DNA from: a virus
Taxonomy: Duplodnaviria > Heunggongvirae > Uroviricota > Caudoviricetes
DNA: 64,000 nt
IMG/VR virus record: IMGVR_UViG_3300032318_002198
Direction: 5' to 3' (one strand)
The position numbers were made by a program, and so were the translations under genes. The notes under the pieces were generated by a model. The model did not search any database. It had not been told where the DNA came from and was given only the letters and a program-made list of their open reading frames with translations. Below are positions 39,988-49,674 of the stretch, in pieces. Position 1 is the stretch's first letter; every line of letters begins with the position of its first letter.

Positions 39988-40830
39988 ATGGCTACAAAAA
40001 TATTAGTAATGGGTTTACCTGGTGCAGGCAAAACATATTTTGCTGAAAAATTAAAAAAGTATCTAGAAGAAAATGCGGCCCCTATTCACTCTATGATCCT
40101 TAATGACAACGGGTATAGCAGTGCTAAGGCAGTAGTGAACTGGTTTAACGCAGATGATGTACGTAAAAAGTACAATGATTGGGATTTTTCTAAAGAAGGA
40201 AGAATTAGACAATCATTGAGAATGGCTAAGTTTGCTATAGAATCGCAGGGCGATTATGCTATCTGTGATTTTGTAGCACCCATTCCTGAAATGCGAGAAA
40301 ACTTTGACGCAGATTGGACCATATGGATAGACACTATTCATGAAGGTCGTTATGAAGATACTAATAAGTTGTTTGTAATGCCAGACAAATACGATTTTCG
40401 TATAACTGAGCAGAGCGCAGAAAAATGGGCTAAAACAGTAGGCGATCACATTATTAGTAATCGTCGCAGACCCGTGTTTGACTGGCGTAAAGAAACAGTT
40501 CAAATGCTAGGCCGGTGGCAACCTTGGCATCAAGGACATCGTGCATTGTTTGAAAGACTGTTGCAGAAGACAGGTCAAGTATGCATAATGATACGAGATT
40601 GTCAAGGATGGCAAGGCACAAATCCGTTTGCAATTGAAGAAATTAAAAACTTTATTCGCCGCGATCTTGATCTGTTGTACCAAGGCCAATATGAAATAAT
40701 GGTAGTACCTAATATTGTTCATATCGGCTGGGGAAGAGGCGTGGGTTATACGTCAGGCGAAGAAATATTTGACGATGAAATTACTAAAATATCCGGAACT
40801 GAAATTAGAAAAAGTATGGGGTTAGGTTAA
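39988..40830 (+). CDS. APS-kinase-like domain fused to HxGH nucleotidyltransferase domain
   Basis: GLPGAGKT P-loop, NADDVR, DFSKEGR; C-terminal GRWQPWHQGH and ISGTEIRK. Confidence 0.75.
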   Translation: MATKILVMGLPGAGKTYFAEKLKKYLEENAAPIHSMILNDNGYSSAKAVVNWFNADDVRKKYNDWDFSKEGRIRQSLRMAKFAIESQGDYAICDFVAPIPEMRENFDADWTIWIDTIHEGRYEDTNKLFVMPDKYDFRITEQSAEKWAKTVGDHIISNRRRPVFDWRKETVQMLGRWQPWHQGHRALFERLLQKTGQVCIMIRDCQGWQGTNPFAIEEIKNFIRRDLDLLYQGQYEIMVVPNIVHIGWGRGVGYTSGEEIFDDEITKISGTEIRKSMGLG

Positions 40831-40847
40831 TTACCTGACAATAATAT

Positions 40848-41552
40848 ATGTATGATGTACCTTTTGTTCATTCGGTTAAGGATGATTTTCTGGACGAATC
40901 TCTAGCAATTGACTTATCAAATGATTTTTTACCTTTCGAAGATTCAAATTGGTTTTGCTATAGCAATCCACTAGAAAACAAAAAAGCCTTGAACAATTGG
41001 TACTTGTTCCCGGAAAAAACTTATAAATTTTTTAGTTTTTTAAATTCCGAAAAGTTTATTAATAAGTTGCAATTAGAATTTAATTTACCAAATCTATATC
41101 CCGATCCTGGATTACACGGTGCTGGTTGGCATATTCACGGCCGTGGCGGAAAATTAAATGTACATTTAGATTATAATATACATCCAAAATTAAAATTACA
41201 GAGAAAATTGAATTTAATTTTATATCTAACTCCCGATTGGAATCCAGCGTGGGGAGGAAATTTAGAATTTTGGTCTCATGATTCATCTAATAATAGCCCG
41301 AAGCAATTAGAAAAGACTATAGATTGTAAGTTTAATCGTGCTGTTATTTTTGACACCACACAAAATTCTTGGCACGGATTTGCTCAAGAAATAACCTGCC
41401 CTCAAAACATTTATAGAAAAAGCATAGCAATGTATTATCTTGTAGATCCATCGTCTGATACAATCGACCGTTATCGAGCACTTTATGCACCCAGGGAAGA
41501 TCAAAAAAATAATATAGAAATTCAAAAATTAATCCAATCTCGAGTAATATAA
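40848..41552 (+). CDS. 2OG-Fe(II) oxygenase (prolyl-hydroxylase-like)
   Basis: HLD, RKLNLILYL, WGGNLEFW, SWHG, RKSIA. Confidence 0.85.
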   Translation: MYDVPFVHSVKDDFLDESLAIDLSNDFLPFEDSNWFCYSNPLENKKALNNWYLFPEKTYKFFSFLNSEKFINKLQLEFNLPNLYPDPGLHGAGWHIHGRGGKLNVHLDYNIHPKLKLQRKLNLILYLTPDWNPAWGGNLEFWSHDSSNNSPKQLEKTIDCKFNRAVIFDTTQNSWHGFAQEITCPQNIYRKSIAMYYLVDPSSDTIDRYRALYAPREDQKNNIEIQKLIQSRVI

Positions 41553-41553
41553 T

Positions 41554-42237
41554 ATGATCTATTATCCTTTCTTTTCTGATAAAGGAAAAGAAAAAATTAT
41601 AAAAATTATTTTAGATGAACATTATAAAGATGTATTTTCTGATGTTGTTTTGGCAACAGATTCCATTCCTGTTGACATCTCAAAATATAAAAATATTCAT
41701 CATGGATCTAAGATTGTTTTATTATTAGTCGATGTTGTTGACAATTCTTTTGTTCGAAAATACATTGATAAATTATCAACAGCTGACAAAATATGGTCAA
41801 CTGAGCCTAAGATAGTTGATTATTTGTTAGAGAATAATATACAAGCACAGTTTCTTCAAATAAAACATACTCCTCGATTAAAATACGCAAAGAAAAATAA
41901 TAATCCATATTTAGATGTTTTATTTTATGGTTCTCTTGACTTTTACACCACTAGTATTATAAAATTGTTAATAGATAATGGTTTAAAAGTGTTTCAAACA
42001 GATAATTTTGAAATGTTTAATAGTCATATATCAAATGCTAAGATAGTTTTAACATTGTCATCATTTCCTAATATGTATCAAGAACAAACTATAATACAAT
42101 ATTTGATATCTAATAATAAATTTGTGATTTCCGAAAAAAGAACAGTAAATTATTTTCCTGACATAATTGAAAAAGATAGATACGATTTAATACCAGAAAT
42201 TTTGTCAACGTTACAAAAAATTTCCACAAAAAGTTAG
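41554..42237 (+). CDS. Glycosyltransferase-like protein (GT-B C-terminal-like)
   Basis: DVLFYGS, NAKIVL, FVISEK; cluster context. Confidence 0.5.
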   Translation: MIYYPFFSDKGKEKIIKIILDEHYKDVFSDVVLATDSIPVDISKYKNIHHGSKIVLLLVDVVDNSFVRKYIDKLSTADKIWSTEPKIVDYLLENNIQAQFLQIKHTPRLKYAKKNNNPYLDVLFYGSLDFYTTSIIKLLIDNGLKVFQTDNFEMFNSHISNAKIVLTLSSFPNMYQEQTIIQYLISNNKFVISEKRTVNYFPDIIEKDRYDLIPEILSTLQKISTKS

Positions 42238-42247
42238 AAAGAAAAGC

Positions 42248-44023
42248 ATGAAGAATAAAAACAAAAAATTTGTAATGATGTCGATGTTCAAAAATGAAGC
42301 AAAGACCATTGGGCGGATGTTAGAATCATGTTACAAATATATTGATTTTTGGATATTGCAAGATAATGGATCGTCTGACGGAACTCCAGGAGTTGTAGCT
42401 GACTTTTTTAAAGATAAAAACATCCCAGGTTTTATCTATCAAGTAGCTGAAGGTTGGGTAGGATTTGGATGGAATAGAGACCATTTAGTTAAAACTGTAT
42501 GTAGTTCTAATCACGGATGTGATTGGATATTAAAAATGGACTGTGACGAAACACTAGTAGTCGACGATGATTTTGATTGGAGTGTGTTTGACGATCTGAC
42601 TGTACCAAGTTTTCACGTCCCGGCATTAGCCAACGGTGTTTTTTATCAACGAGCTTGGATATATAATGCAACATTACCGTGGAGATTTAATCACGACGAT
42701 GCGCATGAAACAGTATATATCGAAGGTCAAGGAGAAGGATTTAGAAGAGTTGACTTACCTATAAGTTTTAAACATGTAACATATACTGATGGTGAAAGTT
42801 ACGGTGTAAGAACCAAATATCTTTCAGATGCATTAAAATTTGAAGAAAAACTAATTAGAGAAGAAACACTGTTAACCGATCGATATCATTTCTGGTATAT
42901 AGGTAAGAGTTATTATGATTGTTTTAGAGGAGATTTTTATCCGTTCGGTAAAAAACATTCCGAAGAATTCGCACGTAGAAGTATATTCTATTTTGACGAG
43001 TTTGTAAATGTAACTCATAATTACGAAGTAACTGGTCGTGCTGATCGTATTGACGAGATGGCATATTATGCAATGATGCTTAATGCATTAACTTATAGAT
43101 ACTTAAACAATAAAGAAAAATCTATAGAATATTTACTAAAGGCAAATGATTTCGCACCTGTAAGAAATGAACATTGGATGAGATTAGCCGAGATATATTA
43201 TAATGATAGAGACTTTGAAAAACTTTACGAAACTACCCGTCTAATGTTACGGCCGGAAAGAGTTAATCCATTTCCAGAGTATCATTTTATCATCGAATCC
43301 GACGCATATCATAATACAGGAACTAAAATTATAGATTTGCATAGATATGCCGAAGAACAATTAAAGGAAAATGTTCCAACGATAGTTGAACAAAGTATCA
43401 ATTTATCTAATTCTACGGGGCCCGAAGTCATAGACGTCTCCGCATTAGGATTTAATTTGAAAGTAAGTCAAAATATGAAAAAACGTTTATTCATTGTAGA
43501 TAATTTTTACGACCAGCCTGACGAAGTTAGAAATTTTGCACTGAGTTTAGAATTTAAACCAGATATTCAATGGTACAAAGGATTACGATCAACTACTACT
43601 TGGCGACCAGATATTATTAAAGAAAAATTTGAGTCTATTATGGGAGAAAAGATCAATATGTGGTCGGATCATCACTTTAATGGATGTTTTCAAATAACAA
43701 CCGCAGAAGATCCGCAAGTTTATCATCACGATGCACAAAAATGGGCAGCAATGATTTATCTAACACCTGATGCTCCTATTGAAAGCGGTACGAGATTACA
43801 TCGCTCTAAAATATCGGGTGCAAGACATGCCGACGATCCTAGTATATCTACTGCTTTTTCTGGAGGATTTATTGATAGCACTAAATTTGATGTAGTTGAT
43901 AATGCCGGAAATATATTCAATCGTTTAGTTATAATGGATGCTAAATGTATACATTCTGCAGGCCCGTATTTTGGAACCAACACAAGTACCGGAAGATTGA
44001 TACATTTATTCTTCTTTGATTAA
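42248..44023 (+). CDS. Family 2 glycosyltransferase + TPR-like region + C-terminal 2OG-Fe(II)-like domain
   Basis: KNEAKTI, DNGSSDGT, MDCDE, HE; C-terminal IVDNFY, HHD, IYLTP, FNRLV, HSA, R..LFFF. Confidence 0.75.
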   Translation: MKNKNKKFVMMSMFKNEAKTIGRMLESCYKYIDFWILQDNGSSDGTPGVVADFFKDKNIPGFIYQVAEGWVGFGWNRDHLVKTVCSSNHGCDWILKMDCDETLVVDDDFDWSVFDDLTVPSFHVPALANGVFYQRAWIYNATLPWRFNHDDAHETVYIEGQGEGFRRVDLPISFKHVTYTDGESYGVRTKYLSDALKFEEKLIREETLLTDRYHFWYIGKSYYDCFRGDFYPFGKKHSEEFARRSIFYFDEFVNVTHNYEVTGRADRIDEMAYYAMMLNALTYRYLNNKEKSIEYLLKANDFAPVRNEHWMRLAEIYYNDRDFEKLYETTRLMLRPERVNPFPEYHFIIESDAYHNTGTKIIDLHRYAEEQLKENVPTIVEQSINLSNSTGPEVIDVSALGFNLKVSQNMKKRLFIVDNFYDQPDEVRNFALSLEFKPDIQWYKGLRSTTTWRPDIIKEKFESIMGEKINMWSDHHFNGCFQITTAEDPQVYHHDAQKWAAMIYLTPDAPIESGTRLHRSKISGARHADDPSISTAFSGGFIDSTKFDVVDNAGNIFNRLVIMDAKCIHSAGPYFGTNTSTGRLIHLFFFD

Positions 44024-44026
44024 TCC

Positions 44027-44785
44027 ATGTCAAAAATAGCAATATTTTATATGATAGGTCAGTACAGTGATAACTGGAAATCTGATTTCTATGATCATCA
44101 AATAAATTTGTTAAAAACATCGGGCCTGCATGATCAAATACAATTCATAGATATTTTTGTTAAAGGGACAGTTCCTATTATTGACCTCCCAGAAAAAGTT
44201 AATAATGTAACTTATCTAGGAGAATTAGAAGAAGATAGACTCACGAATAAAAAATTATATAGGGCATACAATTATATTCAACAACGAATATGGCATTTTT
44301 CTCAAGCTAATCCAGATTATAAAATTCTGTTCTTTCATTCGTTAGGTGTATCACATACTAACGAACTTTATAAAAAAAATAAACATGCTTGGCGAAGATA
44401 TCTTGAAACATTGTTAATAGAAAATTGGCAAACCTGTATAGAATTATTAGATTATTATGATTGTGTAGGATCCGATTATACTCCTACCGCATCATATGCA
44501 AACGAAACAATAACAATATCGGCACCTCACTATCAAGGATTTTTTTGGTGGGCAAATAGCAACTATATAAAAAGTCTTGATCCAACATATTTTTTTCAAA
44601 ATGTCATATGGCAATCGTGGTTATGTGAACTTTGGATTGGAACAGGAAATCCAAAAGCATATAGTTTCTTTAATAGTAATTTGAATCACTATCTTAACGA
44701 AATAAACCCGCCGTACGAATCTATATTAAAGATTTGTCACGATAATTTAGATTTTTTAAAAAAGAATAATAGAAAGATTATATGA
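44027..44785 (+). CDS. Putative glycosyltransferase-like protein
   Basis: FFHSLGVS, HYQGFFWWANSNYI, CELWIG; cluster context. Confidence 0.5.
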   Translation: MSKIAIFYMIGQYSDNWKSDFYDHQINLLKTSGLHDQIQFIDIFVKGTVPIIDLPEKVNNVTYLGELEEDRLTNKKLYRAYNYIQQRIWHFSQANPDYKILFFHSLGVSHTNELYKKNKHAWRRYLETLLIENWQTCIELLDYYDCVGSDYTPTASYANETITISAPHYQGFFWWANSNYIKSLDPTYFFQNVIWQSWLCELWIGTGNPKAYSFFNSNLNHYLNEINPPYESILKICHDNLDFLKKNNRKII

Positions 44786-46041
44786 ATTACAAATTTAGCA
44801 TCATTACGCCTGAACATAATGTTAAAAATATGCCATTTTTATTGGAACTATACGAAAGTATTTTATCTCAAACTTATGATAATTGGGAATGGATACTTTT
44901 CTTAAATGGAAAAATGACCAAAGATAAATTACCGAATAGTATAACTAGCAATAATAAAGTTATTATTATCGAAGATAAATCTGGCAATACAAATATAGGA
45001 TATTTAAAAAATAAAGCATTTTCATCTGGAACAGGAGATGTTTTAGTTGAAGCAGATCACGACGATATATTAATAGATACATGCCTTGAAAAATTAAATC
45101 AAGCATATAAAGATGAATCAATAGGGTTCGTATACAGTGACAATGCTGTATTACACATGACAGAAAAATTTACTCCATTTAATGAATTTTATGGATGGTC
45201 CCATAGAACATTTAAGTGGAAGAATGAAGAACTTATTGCAATGAATTCTTTCAAACCAACTAGCCACTCATTGGGTTATATTTGGTATGCACCGGATCAT
45301 GTTAGATCATGGAGAACATCGGTTTATCACGAAATAGGTGGCCATAATGTAGAACTATCAATATGTGACGACCATGAGCTATGCATTCGAACTTATTTAC
45401 ATACTAAAATGTATCATATCCCTGAGGTATTGTATATCTATAGAATCACTGGTGAAAATACATGGCTTGAACGTAATCAAGCTATACAAATTAAAACAGT
45501 CGAATTATTCAATCAATATGCTATGCAATTAGCAGAGAAAGATGCAGACGATAATGGTTTATTGAAAGTCGATATAGGCGGCGGATTAAATCCTAAACCC
45601 GGATACCTTACTATTGACAAAGAAGGTGCTCAGATAAATCATAATCTAGACAAAGGAATTCCACTACCTGATAATAGTGTTGGTGTGATTAATGCCAGTC
45701 ATGTGATCGAACACTTAAAAGATCCTATTAAAACTATGCGTGAAATACATAGAGTGTTAGCACACGGTGGTTGGGCTTTTATTGAAGTACCGAGCACCGA
45801 TGGTAGGGGAGCATTTCAAGACCCTACACATGTTAGTTATTGGAACGAAAATAGTTTTCTCTACTACACTGATGGATATCTTGCCAACTTCATTAGAAAT
45901 AAAGATATTAGGTTCCAAGAATTTAGAAAAGAAACATGGTTTCCAAATGAATGGCTAAAAAATTTAAATGTTTGTGTTGTAACAGCATGGTTAGTGGCTG
46001 TTAAAGATGGTTCGAGATTGCCACACGCATTGAAAATTTAA
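44782..46041 (+). CDS. Family 2 glycosyltransferase fused to SAM methyltransferase domain
   Basis: SIITPEH, QTYDNWEW, EADHDD, DDHELC; C-terminal VDIGGG, SHVIEHL, HRVLAHGG, DPTH. Confidence 0.8.
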   Translation: MNYKFSIITPEHNVKNMPFLLELYESILSQTYDNWEWILFLNGKMTKDKLPNSITSNNKVIIIEDKSGNTNIGYLKNKAFSSGTGDVLVEADHDDILIDTCLEKLNQAYKDESIGFVYSDNAVLHMTEKFTPFNEFYGWSHRTFKWKNEELIAMNSFKPTSHSLGYIWYAPDHVRSWRTSVYHEIGGHNVELSICDDHELCIRTYLHTKMYHIPEVLYIYRITGENTWLERNQAIQIKTVELFNQYAMQLAEKDADDNGLLKVDIGGGLNPKPGYLTIDKEGAQINHNLDKGIPLPDNSVGVINASHVIEHLKDPIKTMREIHRVLAHGGWAFIEVPSTDGRGAFQDPTHVSYWNENSFLYYTDGYLANFIRNKDIRFQEFRKETWFPNEWLKNLNVCVVTAWLVAVKDGSRLPHALKI

Positions 46042-46475
46042 TCACATAACAACTCGTGAATGAGTTGTATTTTCATTCGATTATTTTTTGAAGATAATGT
46101 TTGTTTCAAATTCTGATGTAAAGGCTTTGGCCAAGCATTGAAATTACACCATGCATATGCGGAATGCTCAAAATTCAATATGGGGATAAATTCTTTGTCA
46201 ACTAACAGAATATATGTATTATATTGAAAATTAAGATCCTTAGAAATAAACAATTCTAAAGGAATTATTTTCTTAATTTTAGGAATATGCCCTATTTCCT
46301 CACTGATTTCTCGATTCAATCCATCGATTAAAGTGTGATCATGGGGCTCTTTCTTTCCGCCGACAATACTCCAAATACCCAATGTTTTATTTGAAGTTCT
46401 TTGTAAAAATAGAAAACGTTTAGTATCTTGGGATAAAAATAACCCACCACTGCAAATTATAATACTAGCCTCCAT
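46038..46475 (-). CDS. NUDIX hydrolase
   Basis: GGKKE...LNREISEEIG Nudix box; LNFEHSAYAW. Confidence 0.85.
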   Translation of the reverse strand: MEASIIICSGGLFLSQDTKRFLFLQRTSNKTLGIWSIVGGKKEPHDHTLIDGLNREISEEIGHIPKIKKIIPLELFISKDLNFQYNTYILLVDKEFIPILNFEHSAYAWCNFNAWPKPLHQNLKQTLSSKNNRMKIQLIHELLCD

Positions 46476-47848
46476 AACAGTTGATCGTATACACCTTCAA
46501 AACTCTTGCTCCAACTACCATTGGACCATTTATATTGAATTCCTGTATATGAATTAGTTATATAAGTTACTGTTGAAGTTTGTGTAGAATTGAAAACGAT
46601 ATTCCAACTAGTTCCATTCCATTCTATAATATCATTCGCATATGCTTGAAAGTCTGTACCAGATGAATTTTTCCAAGCATCTGGCCCATCATATCCAAGA
46701 GTGCCGAACTTATCATTGATATTAATATCCTCTAATATCAAATATCTTATACCTGTTGTTTTATTAATCGGATTAAAAGTTTCGGGATTAACTATTGCAT
46801 CAACCGTGCCTCTGCCACTGATAATTGTGTTAGTAGGCACAGTATCAGAATCAATATTCAAAAGCATTTTTGTATCATCGTAAGGATCTAAACTTACATA
46901 TGCAACGATCTCAGTATTATCTGGTTTAGTAAATCTTAATTGACTCAATCCTGCTTTAAATTTTCCTGGATACATGTCCAACAATCTATACCACGATCCT
47001 TTGTTTTGGGGAAGACTGACGTCAATTTCGCCACCCTTACCGTTTCTTTTTATTAAGGTAGCAACATTGTTTAATACCAACAAATCATAATTTCCAGGAG
47101 TAACAACTATTTTTTCGTCAGGTCCGTCTAAAAATTCGACCATATTAGGATCTATAAAATTAGATTCAATAGTACCCGGAGCAATTGCATGAATATTAGC
47201 AATAATTTTTGTGATAATACCTAACTTTTTAATTTTTGCAGGAGGAGTAATCCATATAGGAGCAGAAAAAGTCAATGTTAAAATATCGATATCCTGTTCC
47301 AGTCCTTGTGGAATAGATCTACTGCTCCAATTTTGACCAGTTAGTTCTAATAAACTTAAACTAGTCCAATCAATATAATTATCCGTTGATTGAATTTCTA
47401 AACTAGGATTGAACAATACTACAATTTGTTCCCATAGTTGTAATTTTTGATCGAGATTGGTAGTCCACACATCGGCATTAAATGTAGCCAAATATGGCGT
47501 AGGCATCAGTCTTTCGACAGTGTAGTTTGCTCCTTGAACATTTAAGTATTCGTCATTAGCAGAGTCGAATTCTCTTTCTCGTATTTGTAACTTGCTTACA
47601 AAAGTTGGATCTTGCATTCGTGGACGATCAAATTGTAAATCTTTTATATAACAAGCAATAAACGGAGCACTAGGAATTGTGTTTTCTGAATTTTTCCTTA
47701 AGATTTGTGCAACTTGACGATTCATATCGCCATACCTAACAGGAATTTGAACTAACTGTCCTTTAGCATCCTTATAACTAAAATTGCTCATCGCTCTCAT
47801 AAATTGAGTAAGATAACGCCGACACTGCGAATCGTAAAAATAATCGAT
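46457..47848 (-). CDS. Tail terminator / sheath stabiliser, T4 gp15-like; true start uncertain (frame extends to ATC 47848, first ATG 47800)
   Basis: IPVRYGD, PTPY, QKLQLWEQIVVLFNP motifs; the frame upstream of ATG 47800 reads IDYFYDSQCRRYLTQFM, matching the expected gp15-type N-terminus. Confidence 0.75.
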   Translation of the reverse strand: MDYFYDSQCRRYLTQFMRAMSNFSYKDAKGQLVQIPVRYGDMNRQVAQILRKNSENTIPSAPFIACYIKDLQFDRPRMQDPTFVSKLQIREREFDSANDEYLNVQGANYTVERLMPTPYLATFNADVWTTNLDQKLQLWEQIVVLFNPSLEIQSTDNYIDWTSLSLLELTGQNWSSRSIPQGLEQDIDILTLTFSAPIWITPPAKIKKLGIITKIIANIHAIAPGTIESNFIDPNMVEFLDGPDEKIVVTPGNYDLLVLNNVATLIKRNGKGGEIDVSLPQNKGSWYRLLDMYPGKFKAGLSQLRFTKPDNTEIVAYVSLDPYDDTKMLLNIDSDTVPTNTIISGRGTVDAIVNPETFNPINKTTGIRYLILEDININDKFGTLGYDGPDAWKNSSGTDFQAYANDIIEWNGTSWNIVFNSTQTSTVTYITNSYTGIQYKWSNGSWSKSFEGVYDQLLWRLVL

Positions 47849-47863
47849 GATTGTACAGTGGTA

Positions 47864-48400
47864 TTAAACCACAGCCTCCTTGTCTAGCCATACTCTTTTA
47901 CCGTTAATAACTTTCCAAGTTTTTCCAGTATAATGTTGTGCTTTTAAATGTGCTTCTCGGTTTTTTTGTTTGTGTTCTTCTGAACAAATTTTACCTTTCA
48001 TAGGACCTCCGTCTTTTCTTTTCCAACCGCCGTCTCTTCCTTCTGATTTTCTTTTAGCATGTGCTAGCCTTTGTGCTTCCTTCATACGTTCGATACTATC
48101 AGGGCTGTGTTTTTTATTGTTCCCTGGTTGTCTAATATTGTAATCATTATTAATAGAATCATATTGCAAAACATATTTTTCTTCTAATAAATTTAATTCT
48201 TCTATTGAACTAGCAGTATCAATGACTTCCCATGTAAATGCATCTATACCGTATTTTCTCAATGCATTATGAAAATAATATGTTTTAGTTGAATGCTTGC
48301 TATCATTAATATGTTCGTATCTTCGTCGATTAGGATGCTGAATAGATTGACCTATATAGCATTTTCCAGAGTCTTTATGAGTCCATTTGTAAATGTGCAT
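47864..48400 (-). mobile_element. Free-standing GIY-YIG (Seg-like) homing endonuclease
   Basis: HIYKW...CYIGQS, FHNALRKYG, E...YNI, NUMOD-like KKHS/KGKICSEEHK. Confidence 0.85.
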
Positions 48401-48404
48401 TTAA

Positions 48405-49610
48405 TTATCCGTCTGCTTTTGGTTTCAAAGCTTTACTTAATGCTTGACGTTCTGGTACAACTTCACCAGCAATAGTTGCAGTATTGGTATTATTGATAAA
48501 ACCAGTTTTTTGTGTTTTACGAACTGCTTTGCCTGCATTAGGCCCGGTACTAACATCGTCGACACCGAAGTTATTCAACGTCATTCTAACATTATCTTCG
48601 TATTTAAGCCAATGTTGTCCATCAAATCTAAATAATCTATTTGGTAGATAATCTGTTCTAAGATAGAATTGTCCTCTAACAGCATTATTGGGAAATGTTA
48701 TACCGAATCCATATGGCGATCCATTAGTGGGAACACCATCGCCTGTTAGATACCCGACATACAGATCTTTCTTCGGACTATGCAATACTATACTTGCATC
48801 GTAACTGGCATTTTCAATACTTGCATCCTGATCTACGGTGGATGCATCGGCGATATCTAACAAACCATCTTCTCTTTTTGGTAAAACGTAAAGATGTTGA
48901 GTATCGTAACCGCTGAGAGGAGCATCTTCTTCGGCTTGTGCTATAATTTGATTATTAATATCGATACTTTGTTTATATGACGACAACAGATCTCGTAATG
49001 TACTACCGTCTCCTGCTCCCGAATCTTGATCGAGTATTTCTTTGAATTCCTGACTATCAACTAACGGAACACATTTGGCTCTTAATAAATGAGGATACCA
49101 TGTTGCACTGAAACCCGCCGCAGGTCTTGTAACATCTTGAACTACATAAAATCTACGTAATGCAACCAAGCTATCATCCAATGCATATTCGTCTTTTAAA
49201 TGAGGTAACTCTATAACATCGCCAGTCATGATTTTTCTACCTACCATATCGACACAATTTCTTAAATGAAAATGAATCATAATAGTATCGTTATTAAGAA
49301 ATAATCCAAATTGACTTAGATTAAAATCTAAATCTTGCATTTGGTAAATACCCCGCATTACATAGATATCCGGATCGTAATGTCTATCACGATTTTCCAT
49401 AAAAATTAGGTCTTGTATGCCTAATTCTGAAATAGGATTTGTATTATTTGGTAGTGAAGGAGAGCTTGCTCCATCTGCTGGATTTACAGGACCTAGATAT
49501 TTGTGTAAAAAACAATCAGTTCCTCCAACCTGGAACTGTTCGTTAATTACACGATCTAAAAATCGAAAATCGTTGCCCTTCTCGGGCCTATAAATGGAAA
49601 GACGTGGCAT
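48405..49610 (-). CDS. Neck/head-closure protein, gp14-like
   Basis: LSQFGLFL, GDVIELPHL; sits between gp13-like and gp15-like genes; TAAATA 7 nt upstream. Confidence 0.65.
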   Translation of the reverse strand: MPRLSIYRPEKGNDFRFLDRVINEQFQVGGTDCFLHKYLGPVNPADGASSPSLPNNTNPISELGIQDLIFMENRDRHYDPDIYVMRGIYQMQDLDFNLSQFGLFLNNDTIMIHFHLRNCVDMVGRKIMTGDVIELPHLKDEYALDDSLVALRRFYVVQDVTRPAAGFSATWYPHLLRAKCVPLVDSQEFKEILDQDSGAGDGSTLRDLLSSYKQSIDINNQIIAQAEEDAPLSGYDTQHLYVLPKREDGLLDIADASTVDQDASIENASYDASIVLHSPKKDLYVGYLTGDGVPTNGSPYGFGITFPNNAVRGQFYLRTDYLPNRLFRFDGQHWLKYEDNVRMTLNNFGVDDVSTGPNAGKAVRKTQKTGFINNTNTATIAGEVVPERQALSKALKPKADG

Positions 49611-49674
49611 AATAGTATATTTATCGAATAATATCTTAGAAATATTATCTTAACATGAAAAGATAAATATTACT

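Noticed and set aside
47864-48400. Endonuclease as part of a group I intron in the gp15-like gene
   Set aside because: Only ~15-18 nt separate its stop from the resumed gene and 4 nt separate its start from the previous gene, leaving no room for a ribozyme core
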